A DNA stretch of 64,000 nucleotides, taken from Bythopirellula sp. (GTDB taxonomy: Bacteria; Planctomycetota; Planctomycetia; Pirellulales; Lacipirellulaceae). Shown piece after piece: positions 38,872 to 50,507 of this stretch. How positions within the stretch are numbered: the stretch's first letter is position 1; every line of letters begins with the position of its first letter. The stretch lies in NCBI GenBank assembly GCA_965216565.1, contig OZ244170.1:1088001-1152000 (forward strand), written 5' to 3'. Below the pieces are notes generated by a model. The model was not told the origin of the DNA. It saw only the letters and a list, made by a program, of their open reading frames with translations, and searched no databases. Position numbers and translations under genes: made by a program.

Positions 38872-39663
38872 TCAATCTGATGCCACCAGCCAGGCGACCT
38901 CTACCGTAGCCACGAGATTCATAACGCCGTGAATAACGATGCAAGGAACGATCGTACCGGTGGAATGCCGGATAACAGTTAGGAGGATCCCACCTACGAA
39001 AATGATCGTGATGAAGTACAAATCGTATTGCACATGAAGTGCCGCCCACATCAAGGAAGTCACAATCGCTGTACCAGGGAGTCCCAGTTTCGAGTTGATC
39101 AGGCCTTGGTGCAGGAAGCCGCGAAAGATAATTTCTTCGATTAGTGGCGCTGCAACCACCAGGGCCAACCAGAAAAGTGGTAAGATCCCGGCGCTTGAAT
39201 AGACCTCGATCATAAACTCTGGCACGACATCGCGTCCCAAAACCCAGGTTAGGCCATCCATTCCGGCGATGAATATGAGTGTCCCAAGAATAGACGCGGC
39301 GATTGTCTTTGCCGTTGGCATACGAAACCCCAGATAATCGAGTGGATCCTTGGAGTCGAATAGGAACGTCATCGCCACGACTACAGGGATGATCACCGTG
39401 GCAGTCGTCAGCGTGCAGGTCGCGAAGAACAGCCCGTTCATTTCAATATCCTGACCCCAACGATCGATATCAAAATCTCTGTTCGTGGCAAATTCGTAGG
39501 CCATAAAGGCCATCGTGGTGATGACCGAAACGATCAGGTAAACAACGCACAGCACTAAGAACAGTGCTAGAGATAGCCAAGGGCGACTAACCGGCTTTTG
39601 CGAAACGTGGAGTTCATCTGGATCGTCGATGATCTCCAGCAAAACTTCTTCATCGAGGCTCAT
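38872..39663 (-). CDS. CPBP family intramembrane metalloprotease
   Basis: APLIEEIIFRG, WAALH, IHGVMN motifs. Confidence 0.9.
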   Translation of the reverse strand: MSLDEEVLLEIIDDPDELHVSQKPVSRPWLSLALFLVLCVVYLIVSVITTMAFMAYEFATNRDFDIDRWGQDIEMNGLFFATCTLTTATVIIPVVVAMTFLFDSKDPLDYLGFRMPTAKTIAASILGTLIFIAGMDGLTWVLGRDVVPEFMIEVYSSAGILPLFWLALVVAAPLIEEIIFRGFLHQGLINSKLGLPGTAIVTSLMWAALHVQYDLYFITIIFVGGILLTVIRHSTGTIVPCIVIHGVMNLVATVEVAWLVASD

Positions 39664-39760
39664 AACGCTCTGCCGTCGGGTAAGGGGATGTGATAGGACT
39701 ATGTTACACTCTACTTGCAAAAATCTTACCGAACTCTAATGCTACAGAGCAGGGTTGTGA

Positions 39761-39848
39761 GTTGAAAAAAAGGGACTGGCTCGACGCTCGAATACGATTT
39801 GAGCCCTCAGCACACCCAGTGTGGTCGTGCCTGTCCCTTTTTTTCGAC
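39761..39848. repeat. AAAGGGACTGGCTC..GTGCCTGTCCCTTT repeat
   Basis: Terminal IR gaaaaaaagggac / gtccctttttttc. Confidence 0.85.
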
Positions 39849-39909
39849 GGTCCATTTCAAGCTCATCCTGCACTGTAGCACTAGCCAGTGCATCAAAAGG
39901 AGATTAACT

Positions 39910-40275
39910 ATGCCAATGCACATCGACTCACCGAGCAAGATCGTTGCGGCAGGCAACAAGCCCAAGCAGATCGAAGAGTTTGTCGGTCGGGTAAATTCGA
40001 AGAATGACAACGTGAGCATTGCCCGCATGGTCTCGCCGGCAGGGTGGGTCGAGCCCGCGCAGCGACCGGAATTCGAGGAATACACAGTTGTCTTAAAAGG
40101 AATGCTGCGCGTGGAATCGGCGGAGGGTACACTCGACGTCCATGCCGGCCAGGCGGTGATTACATCGCCGGGTGAGGAAGTCCGCTATAGCACGCCGGGG
40201 TCGGAAGGTGCCGAGTACATCGCGGTGTGTCTGCCCGCGTTTAGTCCAGAGACAGTGCATCGCTTTGAGGAATAG
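39910..40275 (+). CDS. Cupin domain protein
   Basis: EPAQRPEFEEYTVVLKG, VCLPAFSP; SD ggag upstream. Confidence 0.85.
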   Translation: MPMHIDSPSKIVAAGNKPKQIEEFVGRVNSKNDNVSIARMVSPAGWVEPAQRPEFEEYTVVLKGMLRVESAEGTLDVHAGQAVITSPGEEVRYSTPGSEGAEYIAVCLPAFSPETVHRFEE

Positions 40276-40353
40276 GAGCGGTCTTAGCTTAAAAGCCAAG
40301 TTGTTTGAGCCGTAGGCGCTAGCCTCGGGTGCTAAGGCGGCTGGCTTCCTTAG

Positions 40354-41229
40354 TTATTTCGCCATCGCCCGTTGTAATGCGGTGCCCATATCGGCGGGGC
40401 TTTGGGCGACTTCAATTCCAGCGTCTTCTAGGGCGGCGATTTTTTCTTCAGCGGTGCCTTTGCCACCGGAGATGATCGCACCCGCGTGGCCCATCCGTTT
40501 GCCGGGAGGAGCCGTGCGACCGGCGATGAATGCGGCCACCGGCTTGGTGACATTCTCTTTCACAAACGCGGCGGCTTCTTCTTCGGCAGTGCCGCCGATC
40601 TCGCCGATCATGATAATGGCCTCGGTTTCGCTGTCTTCCTGGAACATCGTCAAAAGATCGATAAACGATGTGCCAACGATAGGGTCGCCCCCCAAGCCCA
40701 CGCAAGTTGTTTGGCCCAGACCCACATTAGAAAGCTGCCACACGGCCTCGTAGGTGAGCGTACCGCTACGGCTCATCACGCCGACGGTCCCCTTTTTGTG
40801 GATGTAGCCGGGCATGATGCCCATCTTGCACTCGTCAGCAGTGATGACACCCGGGCAGTTGGGTCCAACCAAATGCACGTCGTCGCGGTCGCGAATCACA
40901 TCGTACACGCGGACCATGTCCATGACGGGGACACCTTCGGTAATGGCGACAATCGTCTTAATGCCGGCATCGACCGCCTCCAAGATGGCATCTGCAGTAA
41001 ACGCGGGGGGGACGAAAATCATACTGGCGTCGACGCCTTGCTTCTCTACGGCTTCCACCACCGTATCGTAAACCGGTACGCCCAACGTTTCCTGGCCACC
41101 TTTACCTGGAGTGACCCCAGCGACGAGCTTCGTTCCGTATTCGATACAGTTCTTGCTGTGGAATTCACCTGCACGTCCAGTGATTCCCTGGCAAACGACT
41201 TTGGTATTCTTGTCAATGAGAATGCTCAT
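40354..41229 (-). CDS. sucD: Succinyl-CoA synthetase alpha subunit
   Basis: [32 protein letters not shown]. Confidence 0.97.
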   Translation of the reverse strand: MSILIDKNTKVVCQGITGRAGEFHSKNCIEYGTKLVAGVTPGKGGQETLGVPVYDTVVEAVEKQGVDASMIFVPPAFTADAILEAVDAGIKTIVAITEGVPVMDMVRVYDVIRDRDDVHLVGPNCPGVITADECKMGIMPGYIHKKGTVGVMSRSGTLTYEAVWQLSNVGLGQTTCVGLGGDPIVGTSFIDLLTMFQEDSETEAIIMIGEIGGTAEEEAAAFVKENVTKPVAAFIAGRTAPPGKRMGHAGAIISGGKGTAEEKIAALEDAGIEVAQSPADMGTALQRAMAK

Positions 41230-41237
41230 ACTAGATT

Positions 41238-41310
41238 AACCACGACGACACTAACGGCACTAAGCCTGTGTTCGTCGTGTTTCCTTTGTGTTCTTTGTGT
41301 CTTTGTGGTT
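41238..41310. repeat. AACCAC..GTGGTT imperfect palindromic repeat in the sucC-sucD spacer
   Basis: aaccacgacgacactaacggcactaag ... ctttgtgttctttgtgtctttgtggtt; related half at about 14395-14419. Confidence 0.6.
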
Positions 41311-41339
41311 CAACTATCAGCTCTAGTTCAATATGGGAA

Positions 41340-42524
41340 CTACCCCGCCGCGGCGACGACTTTGTTCGCAGCGTCGGTCAAATCCGTGGCCGCGATGATG
41401 TCGACATCGCTTTCGGCCAGGATCTTGCGTCCCTCTTCTACTTCGGTGCCTTCGAGTCGCACTACCAGAGGCACATTGAAGCCGACCTCCTTGTAGGCAG
41501 TGACTACCGCATTGGCGATGGTTGTACACTGCATGATGCCTCCAAAGATGTTCACGAGTACGGCCTTCACATTCTTGTCGGCCAGCAGAATGCGGAATGC
41601 TTCTGTTACTTGCTCCACCTTGGCCCCGCCGCCAACGTCGAGAAAGTTGGCCGGCTCGCCACCGTGCAGCTTGATGAGATCCATCGTGCTCATGGCGAGA
41701 CCTGCCCCGTTGACGAGGCAACCGATGTTGCCTTCCAGCTGTACATAGCTCAGATCTGCCTCGCCGGCACGAACTTCAGCTGGGTCTTCTTCGGAGAGAT
41801 CGCGAAGCTCGCCGAGCTGCGGGTGACGAAACAGGGCGTTGTCGTCGAAGCTGATTTTTGCGTCCAAGGCAATCATCTCGCCCGATTTAGTTAGGACTAG
41901 CGGGTTGATCTCCGCCAGACTGCAATCGAGTTCGATGAACTGACGGCAAAGTGCCCGCATGAATTTTTCCGCCGAGCGGACGCTCTTGCCGGTGATGTCG
42001 AGTCGGTGGCAGAGCTTGCGAACCTGGTACGACTGTAATCCCGTGTCGGGGTGAAATGGCTCTTTGAATATGAGCTCAGGTGTGTTGGCCGCGACTTCCT
42101 CGATATTCATGCCGCCTTCGCTGGAAACCATTAACACAGGCAGCGACTGGGCGCGATCGATGACGATGCCGAGATACAGCTCGCGGTCGATGTCGCAACC
42201 GGCTTCGACCAAGACTTGCTGAACCGTCTTGCCTTCGGGGCCAGTCTGTATGGTTACAAGTTCTTTGCCAAGTAGATTGCCAGCGACCTTGGCGGCATCA
42301 GCGGCACTCTTAACGAGTTCGACACCGTGTTGATCGGGATTAGACTTAATGGTCCCTTTGCCACGTCCGCCCGCGTGAATTTGTGCTTTGACCACGGCAA
42401 GGCTACCGCCGAGTTTGTCGAATGCTGCGGAAGCTTCCTCGGGAGTTCTGGCAACGATGCTTTCTGGCACGGCCACATTAGCTTGGCGGAGCAAATCTTT
42501 CGCTTGGTATTCGTGAATTTTCAT
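41340..42524 (-). CDS. sucC: Succinyl-CoA synthetase beta subunit
   Basis: [40 protein letters not shown]. Confidence 0.97.
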   Translation of the reverse strand: MKIHEYQAKDLLRQANVAVPESIVARTPEEASAAFDKLGGSLAVVKAQIHAGGRGKGTIKSNPDQHGVELVKSAADAAKVAGNLLGKELVTIQTGPEGKTVQQVLVEAGCDIDRELYLGIVIDRAQSLPVLMVSSEGGMNIEEVAANTPELIFKEPFHPDTGLQSYQVRKLCHRLDITGKSVRSAEKFMRALCRQFIELDCSLAEINPLVLTKSGEMIALDAKISFDDNALFRHPQLGELRDLSEEDPAEVRAGEADLSYVQLEGNIGCLVNGAGLAMSTMDLIKLHGGEPANFLDVGGGAKVEQVTEAFRILLADKNVKAVLVNIFGGIMQCTTIANAVVTAYKEVGFNVPLVVRLEGTEVEEGRKILAESDVDIIAATDLTDAANKVVAAAG

Positions 42525-42885
42525 ATCGCTGTGAAGTTTGTTTCATAGGTTATTGGATAGCCGCGATCTGACAGACCGACGGAGGTCAGAGCTATTGGCG
42601 TGGAGTATAGCGCTGGCGGAGTGGAAGGGTCAACGGGATAGCGAACCAACAGGCGAGACAGATGTCTTATAAGTGATAGAAGAAGATCCGAGCGGGAGAG
42701 AATCGATAAGTGACGACTCACCGAGTAAGCCAAATTGGCGTAATTTACGGATCGCTGCCTAAAATGCCTCCCACAGCGGCTGGCATCGTGAAACTAGTGA
42801 GTTTTCTGTTCTGAAACGAGACAAGTAGAATATCTGACTTGTCGTAACCCTATGATGTCAGTACGTTATTGACTTACGCCAACGA

Positions 42886-42903
42886 TTGTGAAAAAATTCA
42901 CAA
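42886..42903. promoter_or_regulatory. Rex operator upstream of nqrA
   Basis: TTGTGAA-AAAA-TTCACAA is an exact match to the Rex consensus; TTGACT (-35-like) at 42869-42874. Confidence 0.75.
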
Positions 42904-42957
42904 GCTAGGTTTATTGCCTTCCCCCCTCAAAATTCCCACGAGAGAAACCATTCGTCG

Positions 42958-44325
42958 ATGACAACCGTCAACCGCGTCAGCAAAGGTCTCGATCTACCGA
43001 TTGAAGGAGAGCCAACTCAGGTGATCTCCGACGGTCCGGAAGTGCGCCATGTGGCTCTTCTGGGCGACGACTACGTTGGCATGAAACCGACCATGGAAGT
43101 TGCCGAGGGGGATCGCGTTAAGTTGGGGCAGGTTGTATTTTCCGACAAGAAAAACCCGGGTGTTCAATACACGTCCCCCGGGGCAGGCACAGTCACAGCC
43201 ATCAATCGTGGGGCTAAACGCAAATTCGAGTCGTTGGTGATTGAGCTGGAAGGTGACGATCAGGTTACGTTTCAGTCTTATCACGATCACAACTTGGCCC
43301 AGTTAGACCGCCGCGAGGTATGCGAGCAATTGATCGCCTCGGGACTCTGGACTGCTTTGCGGACGCGACCTTATAGCCAAGTACCTGCAATTGATTCCGT
43401 ACCAAGCGCTATCTTTGTGACGGTGATCGATACGAATCCCCTGGCAGCCGATCCAGCGGTCGTGCTTGCAGATCGACAGGGAGAGTTTGTTTCGGGGTTA
43501 GAGGTGCTGAGTACTTTGACCGAAGGCACCGTCTATGTTTGCCGACGTGCTGGCTCCGCGATTCCCGGCGAAGGAAAGACGCCTACGGAATTTCACGCAT
43601 TCGAAGGCCCCCATCCAGCAGGTTTGGCGGGAACGCATATCCACATGCTCAAGCCCGTAAGTGCCGCGAGATCGGTCTGGTATGTTGGCTACCAGGATGT
43701 GGTTGCCATCGGGCATTTGTTCAATACCGGTCAAATTCTGACGGATAAGGTAATCTCCCTGGGCGGGCCAGTGGTTCGTGATCCCCGGCTCATTCGCACC
43801 CGCATTGGAGCATCCCTAGCTGAACTCACCGAGGGACAATTCGAACGACCGATGGGCACGGAGGTTCGCATTATCTCCGGTTCAGTCTTGTCTGGTCGTC
43901 GTTCGCGCGTGCCGGTCGACTTTTTGGGACGCTACCATAACCAAGTGACGATCGTGGCCGAGGGCGGCCAGCGAGAATTCCTCGGTTGGATGGTGCCCGG
44001 GACGGACAAGTTTTCCGTCCGCAATGTCTTTGCGTCGGCCTGGACGGCCGGTCCCGATAAACGGTTCGCGCTCGACACCAGCACCGAGGGCAGCCCGCGC
44101 GCGATAGTGCCCATTGGCATGTACGAACAAGTGATGCCACTAGATATTATCGCCACGCCGCTGCTAAAGGCACTGATCACCGATGACACCGAATACGCCC
44201 AGGAACTGGGTGTGCTGGAACTCGACGAAGAAGATTTGGCCCTGTGCACCTATGTATGTCCGGGAAAGACCGAGTATGGGCCACTACTGCGTAAAAGTCT
44301 CACGCGAATAGAACACGAAGGTTAA
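42958..44325 (+). CDS. nqrA: Na+-translocating NADH:quinone reductase subunit A
   Basis: [36 protein letters not shown]. Confidence 0.96.
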   Translation: MTTVNRVSKGLDLPIEGEPTQVISDGPEVRHVALLGDDYVGMKPTMEVAEGDRVKLGQVVFSDKKNPGVQYTSPGAGTVTAINRGAKRKFESLVIELEGDDQVTFQSYHDHNLAQLDRREVCEQLIASGLWTALRTRPYSQVPAIDSVPSAIFVTVIDTNPLAADPAVVLADRQGEFVSGLEVLSTLTEGTVYVCRRAGSAIPGEGKTPTEFHAFEGPHPAGLAGTHIHMLKPVSAARSVWYVGYQDVVAIGHLFNTGQILTDKVISLGGPVVRDPRLIRTRIGASLAELTEGQFERPMGTEVRIISGSVLSGRRSRVPVDFLGRYHNQVTIVAEGGQREFLGWMVPGTDKFSVRNVFASAWTAGPDKRFALDTSTEGSPRAIVPIGMYEQVMPLDIIATPLLKALITDDTEYAQELGVLELDEEDLALCTYVCPGKTEYGPLLRKSLTRIEHEG

Positions 44326-44343
44326 AGGAAAGCAGGTATTCAA

Positions 44344-45561
44344 GTGCTGCGGAAAATGTTGGATCGTGTTCATCCCCTATTCGCCAAGGGTGGCAAGCTG
44401 GAAAGGCTATATCCCTTGTACGAGGCGATGGACACGTTTCTGTACACACCTAGCGATACAACATCCGGTGCCGCACATGTGCGAGATTCGATGAATCTCA
44501 AGCGCATGATGAGCCTGGTGGTGGTGGCTTTGTTGCCGTGCTTTTATATGGCGTTGAGCAACACAGGCTACCAAGCGAACCTTGCTTTGCAGGAAGAAGG
44601 TGCCCAGGTTGTCGACGATTGGCACGAATCGCTGTACCTCTCCTTAGGTGGAGGGCACGACCCTTCGAGCTGGGTCGACAATATGTTGCTCGGTGCAGTG
44701 TTCTTTTTGCCAGTCTACTTTGTGACGATCGCGGTGGGCGGACTCTGGGAAGGTTTGTTCGCCATGGTCCGCAAGCATGAAATCAACGAAGGGTTTCTCG
44801 TCACGAGTGCTCTCTTCCCGTTAACACTACCGCCCACCATTCCGCTATGGCAGGTGGCGATTGGGATCTCGTTCGGCGTAGTAATTGGTAAGGAAATTTT
44901 CGGTGGCATTGGCAAAAACTTCCTCAATCCGGCACTGACCGCCAGAACCTTTTTATACTTTGCCTATGCTCAAGACATGAGCGGTGCAGCGGTGTGGACG
45001 GCAGTGGATGGATTGACGAAAGCCACTCCGTTGGGAGCGATGGCATCGGCCACGTCTAGCGACCCGGTCTACCAAATCATCGATTATAGATGGTGGGAGT
45101 GCTTCTTTGGTTATATCCAAGGATCTATGGGTGAAACTTCGACCTTCGCGGCGTTGTTGGGCGCGGTACTGCTTATTGCCACGGGCGTCGGCTCGTGGCG
45201 AATTATGCTCGGTGTGCTCGTGGGAATGGTCGGTTGCTCGGGTCTGTTTTGGATTTTCAGCGGCGAATCATCGGCTCCTTTGACGGCACTTCCGCCATGG
45301 TGGCACCTGGTGATGGGCGGATTCGCGTTTGGCACCGTCTTTATGGCTACCGACCCCGTCTCCGCGGCAATGACTGAAGTCGGTCGCTGGTGGTATGGAA
45401 TATTGATTGGCGTGGTGACCGTCCTGATCCGAGTCATCAACCCCGCATTCCCCGAAGGAATTATGTTGGCAATCCTGTTCGGCAATACCATGGCACCGCT
45501 GATCGATTACTGCGTCATTCAGGCGAACATCAAACGGAGGATGGCACGCTATGCAACGTGA
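44344..45561 (+). CDS. nqrB: Na+-NQR subunit B
   Basis: [15 protein letters not shown] site [22 protein letters not shown]. Confidence 0.96.
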   Translation: MLRKMLDRVHPLFAKGGKLERLYPLYEAMDTFLYTPSDTTSGAAHVRDSMNLKRMMSLVVVALLPCFYMALSNTGYQANLALQEEGAQVVDDWHESLYLSLGGGHDPSSWVDNMLLGAVFFLPVYFVTIAVGGLWEGLFAMVRKHEINEGFLVTSALFPLTLPPTIPLWQVAIGISFGVVIGKEIFGGIGKNFLNPALTARTFLYFAYAQDMSGAAVWTAVDGLTKATPLGAMASATSSDPVYQIIDYRWWECFFGYIQGSMGETSTFAALLGAVLLIATGVGSWRIMLGVLVGMVGCSGLFWIFSGESSAPLTALPPWWHLVMGGFAFGTVFMATDPVSAAMTEVGRWWYGILIGVVTVLIRVINPAFPEGIMLAILFGNTMAPLIDYCVIQANIKRRMARYAT

Positions 45562-46360
45562 TACTTTCACAAAAACGCTGATTGTGGCGGCTGTGCTTTG
45601 TGTTGTCTGTTCCGTGGTTGTTTCCGGCGCAGCGGTTGGTCTTCGCGAGACTCAAGAAGCCAACAAACTGAAAGACCAGAAGAAAAACGTCCTAATGGCA
45701 GCCGGGTTGTTTGATTCCAAGGACAACGAGCTTGGCGATGTTAATTCCATCTACGACGAGTGGATTGAACGTGAGCTGATTGATTTGGATTCGGGTGAAC
45801 CGGCTCCTGAGGATGTCGTCGACACTGAGACTTACGATCAGCGCAAAGCAGCCAAGGAAATCGACCTGAGCCAGGCGGTTGATCCTCCCGCCGCATTGGG
45901 AGGCATCAAGAGACGAGAGAAGTATTCCTTTGTCTACAAGGTGAAGGGAGAATCTGGAGACATCGAGCAGGTGGTACTCCCCGTCTACGGGAAGGGATTG
46001 TGGTCGACGTTATACGGATTTATCGCCGTGGCGAGCGACGGCAAGACGGTCAAAGGAATCACGTTCTACGAACATGCCGAAACGCCTGGTTTGGGGGGCG
46101 AAGTAGATAATCCGAGCTGGAAACAACTGTGGCCGGGTAAGGAACTGTTCGACGAGGACGGAAGTGTGGCCATTGAGGTGATTAAGGGACGCGTCACAGA
46201 ATCAACTGAGGACTCGGAGCACAAAATCGACGGGCTCAGCGGCGCGACCATCACCAGCGATGGCGTGGAAGAACTCGTGCAATACTGGGTTGGCCCCGAT
46301 GCATTTGGTCCCTATCTGAATCAATTTCAGAATAGTCCCGAAGGAGAACAGGGTGGCTGA
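45551..46360 (+). CDS. nqrC: Na+-NQR subunit C
   Basis: [19 protein letters not shown] site SGAT. Confidence 0.96.
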   Translation: MQRDTFTKTLIVAAVLCVVCSVVVSGAAVGLRETQEANKLKDQKKNVLMAAGLFDSKDNELGDVNSIYDEWIERELIDLDSGEPAPEDVVDTETYDQRKAAKEIDLSQAVDPPAALGGIKRREKYSFVYKVKGESGDIEQVVLPVYGKGLWSTLYGFIAVASDGKTVKGITFYEHAETPGLGGEVDNPSWKQLWPGKELFDEDGSVAIEVIKGRVTESTEDSEHKIDGLSGATITSDGVEELVQYWVGPDAFGPYLNQFQNSPEGEQGG

Positions 46361-46982
46361 TACCGAATACAAAGAAGCGCTCACCGAGCCGATCTTCGAT
46401 AAGAATCCTATTGCTCTCCAGGTGCTTGGAATCTGTAGTGCCTTGGCGGTGACGACCAAGCTAGAAACCTCGGTCGTCATGTCGCTGGCTGTTTTGTTCG
46501 TGTTGGGACTGTCCAACTCCGCGGTGAGTCTGATTCGCAAGCAGATTCCGAGCAGCATCCGCATTATCGTGCAGATGACGATTATTTCTTCGCTGGTGAT
46601 TCTCGTCGATCAGATTCTCAAAGCCTATTCCTACCCTCTCAGCAAGCAGTTATCGGTGTTTGTGGGGCTGATTATCACCAATTGCATCGTCATGGGCCGG
46701 GCCGAAGCCTTTGCCATGAAGAATCCGCCTCGCCTCAGCTTTGTCGACGGCATTGGCAATGCATTGGGCTACAGCTTTGTATTGATCGTCGTTGGATTCT
46801 TCCGCGAGCTTTTCGGCTCGGGAAAACTGTGGGGCATCGAAGTCCTTCCGCTGGCGAGCGAGGGAGGTTGGTATGTGCCCAACGGGCTCATGCTGCTTTC
46901 GCCGAGTGCATTCTTCCTCATTGGATTACTCATTTGGGCCATCCGCACTTGGAAACCCGAACAGGTAGAACACGAAGGCTAA
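46353..46982 (+). CDS. nqrD: Na+-NQR subunit D
   Basis: [27 protein letters not shown]. Confidence 0.96.
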   Translation: MADTEYKEALTEPIFDKNPIALQVLGICSALAVTTKLETSVVMSLAVLFVLGLSNSAVSLIRKQIPSSIRIIVQMTIISSLVILVDQILKAYSYPLSKQLSVFVGLIITNCIVMGRAEAFAMKNPPRLSFVDGIGNALGYSFVLIVVGFFRELFGSGKLWGIEVLPLASEGGWYVPNGLMLLSPSAFFLIGLLIWAIRTWKPEQVEHEG

Positions 46983-46986
46983 AACC

Positions 46987-47595
46987 ATGGAACACTATCT
47001 CAGTATGTTTCTGAAAGCGGTCTTTGCCGAGAACCTGGCGTTGACCTTCTTTTTAGGGATGTGCACCTTTTTGGCTGTGTCGAAAACGGTGAAAACCGCG
47101 TTCGGATTGGGAATTGCTGTGATCGTTATCCAGACGATTACGGTTCCAGTAAACAACCTGATCCTGCAGTACTTGTTGGAAGAAGGAGCACTCACCTGGA
47201 TTAGCACCGACCTTGCTGGGGTCGATCTGCGATTTCTGTCGTTGATTAGCTTCATCGGCACGATCGCGGCCATGGTGCAGATCTTGGAAATGACTCTCGA
47301 TCGATATTTCCCCTACCTTTACAACCAGCTTGGCATTTTCTTGCCGTTGATCACGGTGAACTGTGCCATTCTGGGTGGTTCGCTCTTTATGCAGCAACGG
47401 GAATACAATTTTACAGAAAGCTGCGTCTACGGATTTGGTTCTGGTTTTGGGTGGGCGTTGGCGATTGTGGCGTTGGCGGGAATTCGCGAGAAAATGAAAT
47501 ACAGCGATGTGCCGGACGGGCTGAAGGGCCTGGGCATCACGTTTATGACGGTCGGTTTAATGGCCTTGGCGTTTATGTCCTTCAACGGAATGTAA
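46987..47595 (+). CDS. nqrE: Na+-NQR subunit E
   Basis: [24 protein letters not shown]. Confidence 0.96.
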   Translation: MEHYLSMFLKAVFAENLALTFFLGMCTFLAVSKTVKTAFGLGIAVIVIQTITVPVNNLILQYLLEEGALTWISTDLAGVDLRFLSLISFIGTIAAMVQILEMTLDRYFPYLYNQLGIFLPLITVNCAILGGSLFMQQREYNFTESCVYGFGSGFGWALAIVALAGIREKMKYSDVPDGLKGLGITFMTVGLMALAFMSFNGM

Positions 47596-47694
47596 GCACA
47601 CATCGAATCAGCCGCGTTGCCACGCAACGCAAGGCCTTGTGCCGCGTGGCGGTACGGCTAGGTAGGACGTTTCACTAGACTTGAGCGAATCAAA

Positions 47695-48915
47695 ATGCTT
47701 GAAGTATTTCTTGGCGTAGCAATGTTCACGGCCATCGTATTGGTCCTGGTGCTGGTGATCCTGGCTGCCAAAGCGAAGTTAGTGCCCAGTGGCAACGTGA
47801 AGATTGTGGTGAACGAACAGAAAACGCTGGAAGTGCCCGCAGGGGGCAAGCTGCTGGGGGCTCTCTCCGACGCTGGAATCTTCGTTTCCTCTGCCTGCGG
47901 TGGAGGTGGGACGTGCGCCCAATGCGAGGTAAAGGTCCTGGATGGCGGCGGCGAAATTCTACCCACCGAACGCACCCACATCACCCGCCGCGAAGCCCAG
48001 GAGGGTTGCCGGCTTTCCTGCCAAGTTGCGGTGAAGCAAGATATGCAGGTGGAAGTCCCCGCCGAGGCGTTCGACACAAAGAAGTGGCTCTGCAAGGTGA
48101 AGTCGAATCATAATGTTGCCACGTTTATCAAGGAGTTTGTCCTGGAACTTCCCGAGGGCGAGGAAGTCGGTTTCAAAGCGGGCGGTTATATCCAAATTGA
48201 ATGTCCGCCGCACGAAATCGCCTACAAAGATTTTGAGATCGAGGAAGAGTACCGGGCCGACTGGGACAAGTACGATGTATGGCGTTACGTATCCAAGGTC
48301 GATGAGGATGTGACGCGGGCCTATTCCATGGCGAACTATCCGGGCGAGAAGGGCATCATCATGCTGAACGTCCGCGTGGCAAGCCCTCCTCCGCGACTGC
48401 CCGACGTACCTCCAGGCAAGATGTCGTCGTACATATTTAGTCTGAAGCCGGGCGACGATGTAACAATCTCTGGCCCCTACGGTGAGTTCTTTATCAAAGA
48501 TACCGACGCGGAAATGGTGTACATCGGCGGCGGTGCAGGAATGGCTCCGCTCCGTAGTCACATTTTCGAACTGTTCAAGAATCGAAAAACCAACCGCAAG
48601 GTGTCCTACTGGTATGGTGGTCGGAGCTTGCGGGAACTGTTCTATATCGACCATTTCCGCGAGATTGAGAAAGAGTTTCCCAACTTTCAGTTCAATATCG
48701 CCCTCTCCGAGCCTCAGCCAGAAGACAATTGGGATGGCTATACCGGGTTCATCCATCAAGTTCTGCTCGACAATTACCTGAAAGAGCATCCCGCTCCCGA
48801 AGATATCGAGTACTACATCTGCGGCCCGCCGATGATGAACCAGGCGGTTTTCAAGATGCTCGATGATTTGGGTGTCGAGAAAGAGAACATCGCGTATGAC
48901 GACTTCGGCGGATAA
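47695..48915 (+). CDS. nqrF: Na+-NQR subunit F
   Basis: 2Fe-2S motif [35 protein letters not shown]. Confidence 0.97.
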   Translation: MLEVFLGVAMFTAIVLVLVLVILAAKAKLVPSGNVKIVVNEQKTLEVPAGGKLLGALSDAGIFVSSACGGGGTCAQCEVKVLDGGGEILPTERTHITRREAQEGCRLSCQVAVKQDMQVEVPAEAFDTKKWLCKVKSNHNVATFIKEFVLELPEGEEVGFKAGGYIQIECPPHEIAYKDFEIEEEYRADWDKYDVWRYVSKVDEDVTRAYSMANYPGEKGIIMLNVRVASPPPRLPDVPPGKMSSYIFSLKPGDDVTISGPYGEFFIKDTDAEMVYIGGGAGMAPLRSHIFELFKNRKTNRKVSYWYGGRSLRELFYIDHFREIEKEFPNFQFNIALSEPQPEDNWDGYTGFIHQVLLDNYLKEHPAPEDIEYYICGPPMMNQAVFKMLDDLGVEKENIAYDDFGG

Positions 48916-48967
48916 AGCTGATCTGGCTTTGACCACGAATCATACGAATAGGGATGTCAGTCGTAGG

Positions 48968-50056
48968 ATGCGATCGAGCAGCGCGCTATCGCACCGAGAT
49001 GAGCTTTGTGGTGCGATTTCACTTCGTTTCATTGCACCCTATGTGCTGTTGGCGTTACTGAGTCAATTGGCATCTTGCTCGAGCGAGCCAGCCCCAGATG
49101 TGGCCTCCATCACTGGGCGGACAATGGGCACCCAATACACGGTGCGTATCGCCAGGGGAGGGCACTTTCGGGATTGGCCACCGGACGTTGAGGCAGTGCA
49201 GAAACGCATCGATCAGCGGCTCGCAGAAATCAATAGCCAGATGTCGACCTACGACGTAAATTCGGAGCTGTCCCGCTTCAATCGGCTTAACAATACCGAT
49301 TGGTATTCGGTATCGCCTGCAACCGCTGAAGTGGTGGCGGCAGCACTTGAGATTGCTGAGACGACCGGCGGCAAATTCGATCCGACCGTGGGTCCCTTAG
49401 TTAATCTGTGGGGGTTTGGGCCGAACGCAGAGCGTGGTAATCCACCCACGGAAGACAAAATAGCGGCAGCGCTCGCCAGCACCGGGTACCGACTAGTGAA
49501 GGTGCGGCAAGACCCGCCTGCCATTCGCAAGGAGCAGGCCGAAATCTATGTCGACCTATCCGGCATTGCCAAGGGTTATGCGTCGGACCAGGTAAGCGAG
49601 TTGCTGGCGGAGATCGGCTATCAAAACTCAATGGTCGAGATCGGCGGAGAAGTTCGCACTCGTGGCAACAAGACCGACGGTTCGTCGTGGCGGATTGGCA
49701 TCGAGAAACCTGACGAAATGGGTCGGCCAATCCAGCTGGCGGTGGCGTTGGACAGTTCTGGCATGGCCACCTCGGGCGACTACCGAAATTTCTTTGAGCA
49801 CGACGGAAATCGATATTCGCATACGATTGATCCAACGTCGGGACGACCCGTGAAACATCGGTTGGCAGCGGTTTCGATCATTGCGACAAGCTGCATGGAG
49901 GCCGATGCTCTGGCAACGGCCATCATGGTCATGGGTGACGAGCGAGGATATGATTGGTGTGAGCAGCAACAAATTGCGGCTCTGTTTTTGGTGCGCGAGA
50001 AGGATCGGCTCGTAGAATTAAGAACTCCGGAGTTCGCGGAGCGATATCCAGAATAA
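48968..50056 (+). CDS. apbE: FAD:protein FMN transferase (lipoprotein)
   Basis: Lipobox LASC, TMGT, DLSGIAKGY, ATSGDY, SHTIDP; start uncertain. Confidence 0.92.
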   Translation: MRSSSALSHRDELCGAISLRFIAPYVLLALLSQLASCSSEPAPDVASITGRTMGTQYTVRIARGGHFRDWPPDVEAVQKRIDQRLAEINSQMSTYDVNSELSRFNRLNNTDWYSVSPATAEVVAAALEIAETTGGKFDPTVGPLVNLWGFGPNAERGNPPTEDKIAAALASTGYRLVKVRQDPPAIRKEQAEIYVDLSGIAKGYASDQVSELLAEIGYQNSMVEIGGEVRTRGNKTDGSSWRIGIEKPDEMGRPIQLAVALDSSGMATSGDYRNFFEHDGNRYSHTIDPTSGRPVKHRLAAVSIIATSCMEADALATAIMVMGDERGYDWCEQQQIAALFLVREKDRLVELRTPEFAERYPE

Positions 50057-50075
50057 CCAGCGAGAGAATTCTTCC

Positions 50076-50297
50076 ATGTACTTGACCGTGGTTCTTATTA
50101 CGATCGTTGTCTTCGCCCTAGCCATCTGTGGACTGGCGATTGGCGTCATCATCAGCAATCGCCGACTCAAAGGAAGCTGCGGCGGACTGGCAAACCTGAC
50201 CGATAGCTCCGGCAAAACCCTGTGCGACGCCTGCACCAACCCCTCGCCGGAGTGCCAGGGCGAGCCGATTGAAGAGGCTGAAGTTACCCAGTCCTAG
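50076..50297 (+). CDS. nqrM: Na+-NQR maturation protein
   Basis: TM helix followed by LKGSCGGL..CDAC; position after apbE. Confidence 0.85.
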   Translation: MYLTVVLITIVVFALAICGLAIGVIISNRRLKGSCGGLANLTDSSGKTLCDACTNPSPECQGEPIEEAEVTQS

Positions 50298-50308
50298 TCG
50301 CCAAAGGC

Positions 50309-50403
50309 ATAGGATGGGCCACAGCGCAGCGACGGCCCATCATTTCGAGTGATTCTAGCCCGGTTGAATCGATGGGCTGCCGATTTGCTCTAGCCCATCC
50401 TAC
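50309..50403. repeat. GTAG-family REP doublet, 95 bp
   Basis: Same length and architecture as 8482-8576. Confidence 0.85.
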
Positions 50404-50470
50404 AGACCAATCTGCTCCTTTAGCCACGTTCGCCAGAGCGTGAGATGATCCGGAATCATCCGAAAAACGT

Positions 50471-50507
50471 TTGACCTGCCCAAATAATATGATAGTGTAC
50501 ATATGTA
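50471..50507 (+). promoter_or_regulatory. Putative sigma70-type promoter with overlapping palindrome before dinB
   Basis: TTGACC-16 nt-TAGTGT with TG extension; TACATATGTA palindrome at 50498-50507. Confidence 0.4.

Noticed and set aside
40486..41496. 336-aa plus-strand ORF
   Set aside because: Antisense shadow of sucD and sucC.
42529..42547. Second Rex-like site next to the sucC start (TGTGAA..TTCATA)
   Set aside because: Half-site spacing does not fit the 4-nt consensus.
47959..48936. 325-aa minus-strand ORF
   Set aside because: Antisense shadow of nqrF.
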